Source: a virus (lineage: Duplodnaviria; Caudoviricetes). From it: DNA of 31,075 bases. Where the stretch lies: positions 1 through 31,075 of the IMG/VR virus record IMGVR_UViG_3300025127_000148; one strand, written 5' to 3'. The position numbers and the translations under genes are program-made. Shown here piece after piece: positions 1 through 6,247 of the stretch (positions within the stretch are counted from its first letter, which is position 1; each line of letters begins with the position of its first letter). The notes under the pieces are model-generated. The model saw nothing but the letters and a program-made list of their open reading frames with translations, was not told where the DNA came from and did not search any database.

Positions 1-24
1 TTTAGGATCTCTTTTTTTTGCCAT
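1..24 (-). CDS. Possible 5' end of a basic protein (MAKK..RDPK), running off the window
   Basis: ATG at 24 overlapping the end of the 2..127 ORF, in keeping with the coupled chain; only 8 codons visible. Confidence 0.4.
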
Positions 25-127
25 TACCTATAACACCTTTTAAAGTTTTAGCTTGTGCAGCGTGTGTTTTAGATGCTTTGTTAAGACCCTTAATAACTTT
101 TTTTATTTTTGCTTTTGCTTTTTTCAT
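2..127 (-). CDS. 41-aa Lys-rich hypothetical protein
   Basis: Hand translation MKKAKAKIKKVIKGLNKASKTHAAQAKTLKGVIGNGKKKRS; ATGA overlap with the upstream ORF at 124-127. Confidence 0.7.
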   Translation of the reverse strand: MKKAKAKIKKVIKGLNKASKTHAAQAKTLKGVIGNGKKKRS

Positions 128-231
128 ATTCTTACTTTATATTTATCTCTCCAATAGTTTTGTCTTTGAAGTAATCTAACTTTATATTCTAGATCACTAA
201 TACCTAGTATTTTTTTAATAAAAGATATCAT
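124..231 (-). CDS. 35-aa hypothetical protein
   Basis: Hand translation MISFIKKILGISDLEYKVRLLQRQNYWRDKYKVRI; TAATG coupling at 231 and ATGA coupling at 124-127; GGAGG lies shortly upstream of the start. Confidence 0.7.
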   Translation of the reverse strand: MISFIKKILGISDLEYKVRLLQRQNYWRDKYKVRI

Positions 232-410
232 TACTTATATCCTCCACCTGCAGCTTTGTATCTTTTAGCTAGCATCTGGGCTTTTCTTGCTGACCATTGT
301 CCAGGCTTTCCGCCCTTTGATCCAGCCATGATAGAGTTAAACATACGTTTTCTCATACCAGGTTTAGTATAGTTGCCTGCTTTATTTACTGTGCTTTTTT
401 TCTTCGCCAT
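231..410 (-). CDS. 59-aa basic protein with GSKGGKPGQWSARKAQ motif (recalled as DUF5872-like)
   Basis: Hand translation MAKKKSTVNKAGNYTKPGMRKRMFNSIMAGSKGGKPGQWSARKAQMLAKRYKAAGGGYK; AAGGAG upstream; 29-nt overlap with the 382..1050 gene. Family name is from memory. Confidence 0.85.
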   Translation of the reverse strand: MAKKKSTVNKAGNYTKPGMRKRMFNSIMAGSKGGKPGQWSARKAQMLAKRYKAAGGGYK

Positions 411-1050
411 CTTTTATCTCCTTATAATCATAATCATAACTGCCTTCTTCATTTTCATCAGTTATCCATTTTGATGTGTCTTCCACAGACCATATCCTAG
501 TATTAACTAATCTATGGATGAGAGGTTTGCTTGGATCTGCTGCCATAGAAGGATCAAAGATCCTTAGTCTATTGTTGGGTTGAATTGCGTAATTACCATC
601 ATCTAATTCTATTACATGGCCACACTTATGTTGATCTGGTTTTTCTGCATAACCAAAATCTAGCTCATTGTAGTCACCAGCACACCAATCAATTGTAAAT
701 AAGTATGTACCTTCTCGTTGTTTCTTTCTTCTAGAAGTATATATCATTTTACAACCTTGTAATTGATAAAATCTAGTGACACTTATGTTGTAACTAAAAG
801 AATCCCATAACATTAATTCATTTAGTGGTAGTTCTTTTACACCAGGTTTTTTACAAAATGCTGATATAGGTGCTCTCCACCATATACCACCATCTGTCAT
901 CATGTAGTGAAACAAAGGTACTTGTTTAGGGATAGATGTAAAACCAAATACCACACATTCAAAGTATTTATCGTGTGAATCTTTTTGATCCCTAAGAAAG
1001 TTACCACGAACATAACATTCTATTGGTGGGATATTAGCGTTAAGATACAT
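382..1050 (-). CDS. Conserved phage hypothetical protein, 222 aa, soluble and aromatic-rich
   Basis: Long ORF coupled by TAATG at 1050; motifs YLNANIPP, HKCGH and QPNNR recalled from marine phage hypothetical proteins. Confidence 0.85.
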   Translation of the reverse strand: MYLNANIPPIECYVRGNFLRDQKDSHDKYFECVVFGFTSIPKQVPLFHYMMTDGGIWWRAPISAFCKKPGVKELPLNELMLWDSFSYNISVTRFYQLQGCKMIYTSRRKKQREGTYLFTIDWCAGDYNELDFGYAEKPDQHKCGHVIELDDGNYAIQPNNRLRIFDPSMAADPSKPLIHRLVNTRIWSVEDTSKWITDENEEGSYDYDYKEIKDGEEKKHSK

Positions 1051-1376
1051 TAGTTAGCTAAAGGGTTAGAAGATTTAATTTTAATTTCTTCTATCTGTAT
1101 TTTTAATAATTCTATTTCTTTTTCAACTATTTTTACAGATGAATTATCATGTGTATGGTCAAAGTCATGACTGTGAGAAGTATCTTTATTCTCTAGTGCT
1201 GTAACTTTTTCTTCTAATACAGCTATTTCTGCTGACCAATCTTTACCACCAGATGCTCCCTCTAATGCATCTAGTTTAGTTACAATCTCACCATACTTTA
1301 CAAAGCCACCACCTATTGCTGCAATAACTCCAAGTAATGCTGCTACACCTGCTAGTTGATTTTTTATTTTATCCAT
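1050..1376 (-). CDS. Membrane-anchored coiled-coil protein with His-rich insert
   Basis: N-terminal TM LAGVAALLGVIAAIGGGFV; heptad segments IAVLEEKVTALE and IELLKIQIEEI; SHSHDFDHTH between them. Confidence 0.85.
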   Translation of the reverse strand: MDKIKNQLAGVAALLGVIAAIGGGFVKYGEIVTKLDALEGASGGKDWSAEIAVLEEKVTALENKDTSHSHDFDHTHDNSSVKIVEKEIELLKIQIEEIKIKSSNPLAN

Positions 1377-2745
1377 TTTTTAATTGCTCCAGTTCTATTA
1401 GTATTTGTTTCTTTTTAATATCTATTTGATTTAGTTTATCATTTACAATTGCTATAGGATCTGTAGATATATAACTACTTAAATTTTTATCAGTATATAA
1501 TTGTCTTAAATCCTGTATTTGTATTTGATCTAAATAAATATTTTCACTTTTATAGAAGGGTACGTCATAAACATCAAGAGACACTTGGCTACTTGCCATA
1601 GCATCTAACTTAATAATATTTTTAATTTGTAAATTCTTTGAAATATCTTTAATATCTTTATCAACTTTGTCCATAATTTTTACTAGATTAGCTTTGATTG
1701 TTTCTTTCGATTGTATATTTTTTTGCTTTGAATTACTTTCATTCTTAACTTCGGCAGTCTTAGTAGTTTTGCTATTGGGTTCTTCTTCTTTTTCATTAGG
1801 TTCCTCTGCCATTTTTGTAGGTGCTTCTTCTATTATTTCCTCTTCTGTAAATTCTTCTTCAATTGTTTCCTCTTCCATTACTTCTTCTTCAATCATAGAT
1901 TCTTCTTCCATAACTAATTCTTCCATGATTTCTTCTTCCATAATTTCCTCTTCCATTGGCATTTCTTCAACAGCCATTAGAACAGGTTCAAAACTAATCT
2001 CTTCAAATTCTTCTGCTACTTCTAAAGTAGGCTCTTCAAAAAAAGTTATTAACTCTTCAAATAATTCTTCAATAGCTACAAATTCTAATTCTTCAAATAC
2101 TTCTTCAATGTTTTCAAATGCTTCTTCTATTTCTTGCACGATAGAAGTTTCTATGACTGCGTCATCATATGTCATAGTTACAGATATATTATCTACATTA
2201 GGACCACCTAAAGTTGCAGGTGCATTAGCATCTGTTGCAGATATATTTATATTACCTGTATAAGATCCTTCACCATTATAAATTAATCTATCTGTAAAAT
2301 TAGCACCTTCGATACCTGTTGTATCAGTTCTAATTGTAGTATTTGATGCTAATATATTACCTTCTTCATCTTTAATAGTTAATACATTTGTAAATGTATC
2401 AGCATCACCTGACCCACCCCAACACCCAGTGACATTGCACTCGCCATTTTGTACTTCAATTGTTGAATCTAATGTAATACCATTATCCAACATATTTTGT
2501 GTAATAGTATCGGAACTTAAATCAAAGTCTTGATTAATAGAACCACTATCACCAAACTCTAAATCATAATTACTAGGAACATTATTTAATTCACAGCAAT
2601 CATTTAATACTTGTACATCACCAGAGGTAGTCCAACTATTCGCATTACCAGTTTCAAAGTTACCATTGGTAATTAAATTACCTGTAGTTATCTCTTCAGC
2701 ATTTACAACAGTAAATAAAAATAAAAAAGCTATTAACCATTTCAT
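1369..2745 (-). CDS. Exported protein: signal peptide, CBM/galactose-binding-like beta-sandwich, Glu-rich linker, C-terminal helical domain
   Basis: MKWLIAFLFLFTVVNA-EE signal peptide; NLITNGNFETG...W and VDNISV motifs typical of CBM4/9-like jelly rolls; four Cys; long EEExx tract. Confidence 0.85.
   Translation of the reverse strand: MKWLIAFLFLFTVVNAEEITTGNLITNGNFETGNANSWTTSGDVQVLNDCCELNNVPSNYDLEFGDSGSINQDFDLSSDTITQNMLDNGITLDSTIEVQNGECNVTGCWGGSGDADTFTNVLTIKDEEGNILASNTTIRTDTTGIEGANFTDRLIYNGEGSYTGNINISATDANAPATLGGPNVDNISVTMTYDDAVIETSIVQEIEEAFENIEEVFEELEFVAIEELFEELITFFEEPTLEVAEEFEEISFEPVLMAVEEMPMEEEIMEEEIMEELVMEEESMIEEEVMEEETIEEEFTEEEIIEEAPTKMAEEPNEKEEEPNSKTTKTAEVKNESNSKQKNIQSKETIKANLVKIMDKVDKDIKDISKNLQIKNIIKLDAMASSQVSLDVYDVPFYKSENIYLDQIQIQDLRQLYTDKNLSSYISTDPIAIVNDKLNQIDIKKKQILIELEQLKNG
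1822..1968 (-). repeat. Degenerate 15-bp (5-codon) tandem repeat encoding an (EEExx)n acidic tract
   Basis: Protein reads MEEEIMEEEIMEELVMEEESMIEEEVMEEETIEEEFTEEEIIEEA; plus strand shows recurring ttcttcttccat/ttcctcttccat units. Confidence 0.8.
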
Positions 2746-2954
2746 TCTAATATAAGTTTTTTAATTGACTTTGATCCGTCTATGTTAGATTCTAACTCAG
2801 CCATTGATTTTATACATTGATATTGTACTGATTTTTTTGAAGTTCTCATTGCAACTCTTTTTCCTTTGAGACAGTTGGACATAGACTCTTGTATTCTATG
2901 TTCTTTAATTTCTCCGTTGACAATCATAAGTAGGGCTATAATTAACTCTGGCAT
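2742..2954 (-). CDS. 70-aa hypothetical protein with hydrophobic N-terminus and two Cys
   Basis: TAATG coupling at 2954 and ATGA at 2742-2745; GGAG upstream; LIIALLMIV stretch; SNCLKGKR...YQCIK. Confidence 0.8.
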   Translation of the reverse strand: MPELIIALLMIVNGEIKEHRIQESMSNCLKGKRVAMRTSKKSVQYQCIKSMAELESNIDGSKSIKKLILE

Positions 2955-3328
2955 TAGTGTGCTCCATTTGCTCTAACTTTATCTTTTAATACTTCAATAT
3001 CTTTTAGTGCTTTATCTAATTGATCTCTTAAAAATTCTATATTGACTTTGTTAGTCATATTCATCTCTTGAGTCTCTTCCATTTTTTCTACTGACTTATA
3101 GAGATCTTCTAGTAAAAAATGCTGCTCTTGGTCCACAGGTACTTGTTCAGATTTTTTAAGCAAATCATTTTCAAATAATTCTCTTGATGTCTCTAGAGAT
3201 ACTAGCCTTGCAGTTAATTCTGTATATGCAAATACACCAGCTGCAACTAAAACTATCAATGAGGCAACTGTTTTCATCGGCATCTGCACAGCTGCTTGTT
3301 CCGATATTTTTAAAGGTTTGTTACTCAT
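2954..3328 (-). CDS. Single-TM coiled-coil protein, 124 aa
   Basis: TM TVASLIVLVAAGVFAY followed by long heptad-rich helices; overlaps neighbours on both sides. Confidence 0.85.
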   Translation of the reverse strand: MSNKPLKISEQAAVQMPMKTVASLIVLVAAGVFAYTELTARLVSLETSRELFENDLLKKSEQVPVDQEQHFLLEDLYKSVEKMEETQEMNMTNKVNIEFLRDQLDKALKDIEVLKDKVRANGAH

Positions 3329-3419
3329 CTTTCTTTTTATTTTTTTTAAATAATTTATCTATCCAAGATGTCATTATATCTAATAAATCACAAAATTTAT
3401 ATATGTATTTATCTATCAT
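3321..3419 (-). CDS. 32-aa amphipathic peptide
   Basis: Hand translation MIDKYIYKFCDLLDIMTSWIDKLFKKNKKKDE; ATGA overlap at 3416-3419 and 8-nt overlap with the next gene, exactly filling the gap. Confidence 0.7.
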   Translation of the reverse strand: MIDKYIYKFCDLLDIMTSWIDKLFKKNKKKDE

Positions 3420-4105
3420 TTAGGTGCTGACCAATTTTTTAATTTTTCAATTCTCTCTTTTTCTTCTTCTGCTGCTATTTTTTCTTGTTCTATTTTTTCA
3501 AATTCTTTTTGCATTGCTAATTCTTCTGCTTCATCTTTTTTCTTTCTATCTTCCATACGTTTTACATATGTATCATAGTCTGGTCTTTCATGATCATATT
3601 TAGACCATAGGGCCTCTGCTTCTTTACCTATTTTACCATCAATAGGACAAGGTGTACCTGCTTGTATCATAGATTCAAATACTCTTTCATCTTGACAAAG
3701 TATAGCAACAGCTGCAACTTTCATACCAAAGTCATTTAATATTCTAGCTAACTTTAGTCTTTCACAATTTTTGTCTATTGCATGCTTACCACCACTAATA
3801 CCTATACCAAAAGTTTGAACACCTAATGATACCCCAACTGCACAAACATCTTGTGTCATACTATTGTATGATGGCGCACCTGCACTTGGTGGAGCTGATC
3901 TAATATTAGAATTAGTTGTATTATTAGTAGTGCTATTAGAACTAGATCCAGATTGATAAGTTGTTGTAGCAGTAGATGTATATCCACCTTCAATAGCAGT
4001 ATTAGATCCAGACGTATTAGTCTGAGTTGATCCTGCTATAGCTGCAGTTGTTACACATGCAGATATTATTAATAATGTTAATATTAGTATTAGAGGGTTT
4101 TTCAT
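3416..4105 (-). CDS. Exported (possibly lipo-) protein with Ser/Thr/Asn-rich linker and four-Cys domain
   Basis: Signal MKNPLILILTLLIISAC (lipobox-like ISAC, also a possible AIA-G SPase I site); S/T/N tract; APPSA.AP...DVC...NCERLKL...GMKVAAVAILCQD...AGTPCP; charged C-terminal helix. Confidence 0.88.
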   Translation of the reverse strand: MKNPLILILTLLIISACVTTAAIAGSTQTNTSGSNTAIEGGYTSTATTTYQSGSSSNSTTNNTTNSNIRSAPPSAGAPSYNSMTQDVCAVGVSLGVQTFGIGISGGKHAIDKNCERLKLARILNDFGMKVAAVAILCQDERVFESMIQAGTPCPIDGKIGKEAEALWSKYDHERPDYDTYVKRMEDRKKKDEAEELAMQKEFEKIEQEKIAAEEEKERIEKLKNWSAPK

Positions 4106-4107
4106 AT

Positions 4108-4332
4108 TTAAGTATCTTGTTCTTGTGCTTCGTCTTCATAACATGCAAATTTAATATATAATCTATTAGAGTTAACTTGTAACTCTCCTATTTCTTCTAA
4201 TTTAATTAACGATTCTGTATATCCTGTTTTTAAACATTCATATTCGCTATCAAATTGTGTAGGGTAAATATATGGTGGTATGCAAGAATCAACTATATAT
4301 GAACACAGTATAAGTGCTAAACTAAATTTCAT
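4108..4332 (-). CDS. 74-aa hypothetical protein with hydrophobic N-terminus and four Cys
   Basis: MKFSLALILCSYIVDSC...YECLKTGY...IKFAC; TAATG coupling at 4332. Confidence 0.8.
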   Translation of the reverse strand: MKFSLALILCSYIVDSCIPPYIYPTQFDSEYECLKTGYTESLIKLEEIGELQVNSNRLYIKFACYEDEAQEQDT

Positions 4333-4478
4333 TAAGCCCCATTAAAAGAGTCTTCATCTAACTCTTTATTAGGTGCGCATTTACAATTTTCGCATGTGCA
4401 TACACCATATTCATCTGCATGAAGATCTCCATCGCAGTGACATTCGTGATGACATTTCTTACAAATATTTTTTTTCAT
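4332..4478 (-). CDS. 48-aa Cys/His-rich metallothionein-like peptide
   Basis: Hand translation MKKNICKKCHHECHCDGDLHADEYGVCTCENCKCAPNKELDEDSFNGA: 8 Cys and 4 His; ATGA coupling upstream, TAATG downstream, AGGA before the start. Confidence 0.8.
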   Translation of the reverse strand: MKKNICKKCHHECHCDGDLHADEYGVCTCENCKCAPNKELDEDSFNGA

Positions 4479-4552
4479 TTATATCCTGGTTCTAAAAATA
4501 ATGCCATTAATACTAGTAATATAATTAGAACACCTGTGAAGTAATAATTCAT
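4475..4552 (-). CDS. 25-aa single-TM micropeptide
   Basis: Hand translation MNYYFTGVLIILLVLMALFLEPGYK; GGGGT SD-like motif upstream; its stop overlaps the next start (ATGA). Confidence 0.65.
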   Translation of the reverse strand: MNYYFTGVLIILLVLMALFLEPGYK

Positions 4553-4574
4553 AATTATACCCCATAGCGTTATT

Positions 4575-5006
4575 TTATTTTTTAACTAAAGATCCACCAA
4601 AATACAGACCTATAATAGCAGATACTAAGTTAGTATCTAATGGTGTAATTACTAAACTATTAGATGATAAGGTTATCCATTTCATTACTTCCTTTTCAGG
4701 TAAGAATAAAAATGAAGGTTTAAATTCTAAATAGCCTACAATTACACTAACATCTGGTTGTAGCAGTGGTAATAATTTTGGCAATAGCACTATTGCAAAG
4801 ACTGCAGTTAATGCTATAATTCTTCTGGTCCATTGAAAGCCTACGTTCTCGTACTCTCTCGCTTCTTTAAAACCTTTCATCTGAACATCTGCTCTTTGTA
4901 AAAGTAGTTTTTGTTCAGCTTGTTTAGCCTTAATACTTTGTGACCATATGCTCATTACTCCACCTAATACAGTGGACCCAAGCATTGTAATCATCTCAAA
5001 TGGCAT
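4575..5006 (-). CDS. Putative holin-like membrane protein (3TM-holin style)
   Basis: Hydrophobic N-terminus, charged helix, WTRRIIAL-TM, terminal TM ending IIGLYFGGSLVKK, resembling GTA-type 3TM holins; near the muramidase; AAGGAG SD. Confidence 0.6.
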   Translation of the reverse strand: MPFEMITMLGSTVLGGVMSIWSQSIKAKQAEQKLLLQRADVQMKGFKEAREYENVGFQWTRRIIALTAVFAIVLLPKLLPLLQPDVSVIVGYLEFKPSFLFLPEKEVMKWITLSSNSLVITPLDTNLVSAIIGLYFGGSLVKK

Positions 5007-5008
5007 TG

Positions 5009-5218
5009 TTACTCCTTTTTATTTTTGTCTTCTAATTCTTTTATTTTTTTATTTGCATCATCTAGATCTTGTGTAAGATGTTCTAGCTTTTGCAAGGTAC
5101 GTTTATTAGCAGAGTCTTTGGCCTTACCAGCATCCTGCAACTCAGCAACTTCTTGCTTGAGGATTCTGACTTGGTCTTTATACTCACTAATTATATCCTG
5201 ATATTCAGGTTTAGACAT
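5009..5218 (-). CDS. 69-aa soluble coiled-coil protein
   Basis: Continuous heptad pattern, no TM; fills the gap between neighbours. Confidence 0.75.
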   Translation of the reverse strand: MSKPEYQDIISEYKDQVRILKQEVAELQDAGKAKDSANKRTLQKLEHLTQDLDDANKKIKELEDKNKKE

Positions 5219-5229
5219 TTATCGGTGTA

Positions 5230-5331
5230 TTATGATATTATAACACCCAGGACAAAACCTGCAACTGCCGCAATGACGCAGTGCTTATGTTTTCCCCATA
5301 ATTCTATTGCTTTATTCTTAATATCTTCCAT
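5230..5331 (-). CDS. 33-aa tail-anchored membrane peptide
   Basis: Hand translation MEDIKNKAIELWGKHKHCVIAAVAGFVLGVIIS; strong SD AGGAG 8 nt before the ATG. Confidence 0.75.
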   Translation of the reverse strand: MEDIKNKAIELWGKHKHCVIAAVAGFVLGVIIS

Positions 5332-5345
5332 AGTATTTTCTCCTA

Positions 5346-5561
5346 TTAATAAAATAAACCTATTAATGTTAGTATTGTTGCTCCAAGGCCACCTAGTATT
5401 ACATAGATTATCTTGTCTATCTTACCATGTAGCTTATCTATATCCTCATGTATATGTTTAAGGTGATTATTTTTTATTGAACTTACTTCCCTTTTTAATC
5501 CTGTGATATATCCATATATTGATATAAGGTGTTCACTGGTTGTTTTGGGTTGTTTAGCCAT
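5346..5561 (-). CDS. Coiled-coil plus C-terminal TM protein (XhlA/holin-accessory-like architecture)
   Basis: IKNNHLKHIHEDIDKLHGKIDK coil followed by IIYVILGGLGATILTLIGLFY; TAATG-coupled to the muramidase. Confidence 0.7.
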   Translation of the reverse strand: MAKQPKTTSEHLISIYGYITGLKREVSSIKNNHLKHIHEDIDKLHGKIDKIIYVILGGLGATILTLIGLFY

Positions 5562-6247
5562 TAATTTTCTAAATCTGAAAGTAAACTTGGAAATAAATAT
5601 TCAGCTTCTCTTTTTCTTCTAGAACCATATCTATCACCAAAATTTAATAAATTATTATATGCTTCTTGCCATTGATTATTAGTTGCCTGTCTCCAAAAAT
5701 TAGGTGTTTTCGTTTGTAAATTACCATATTGAAAAGCTACTGATGCAAGGACTGTTGCTTTTTCTTTTGATAAATCATTAAATGAAGTCTTTGTAGTTGT
5801 TTCCCATGCATTTCTAAGATTTTTAACAGCCTCTTTTTTAGCAAATTCATTTATAATTTTAGCTTGTTTTTCAGTAACATTTAAAGTATTATTATTTAAA
5901 AAATTTTCTGCTTCTTCACCTTTTAAACCTAAATATGGTTTAAGTGTTTTCACAATATCTTCTGGTAATCCTTGTAAATCATTTTCATCTCTAGCACCAA
6001 GATCAAAACCACTTGCAATAGTTACGCCAGATTTAGAACTTTTTGCATCAGGAACATAACCTTTTGTTTCAAAACCTTCTTGCTCTAATATAAAATCAAA
6101 ATCTATATTTTTACTTTCACCTAACATTTGATCAGTTTGCTGATTAACATTAGATTTTTCTTTAGATGTAATTAAATTTTCTGTTTCAGCGTTTACATTA
6201 CTACTCATAATTAATATTATTAATATTGTTAATTTAATTTTTACCAA
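5561..6247 (-). CDS. Pesticin C-terminal-like (T4 lysozyme fold) muramidase, putative endolysin
   Basis: IDFDFILEQEG..GYVP....SGVTIASGFDLG, LKPYLGLKG, TVLASVAFQYG, PNFW, FGDRYGSRRKREA match the pesticin muramidase family; TTG start at 6247 is uncertain. Confidence 0.85.
   Translation of the reverse strand: MVKIKLTILIILIMSSNVNAETENLITSKEKSNVNQQTDQMLGESKNIDFDFILEQEGFETKGYVPDAKSSKSGVTIASGFDLGARDENDLQGLPEDIVKTLKPYLGLKGEEAENFLNNNTLNVTEKQAKIINEFAKKEAVKNLRNAWETTTKTSFNDLSKEKATVLASVAFQYGNLQTKTPNFWRQATNNQWQEAYNNLLNFGDRYGSRRKREAEYLFPSLLSDLEN

Noticed and set aside
1667-2263. 198-aa plus-strand Ser/Ile-rich ORF
   Set aside because: Antisense shadow of the Glu-rich repeat (GAA codons read as TCT/TCA on the other strand); no SD, no protein-like features.
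5009-5331. Fusion of the 33-aa TM peptide to the 69-aa coil to make an i-spanin, or an embedded o-spanin
   Set aside because: The two ORFs are in different frames with a TAA directly before the 5218 ATG; the alternative frames of the 33-aa gene have no lipoprotein ORF.
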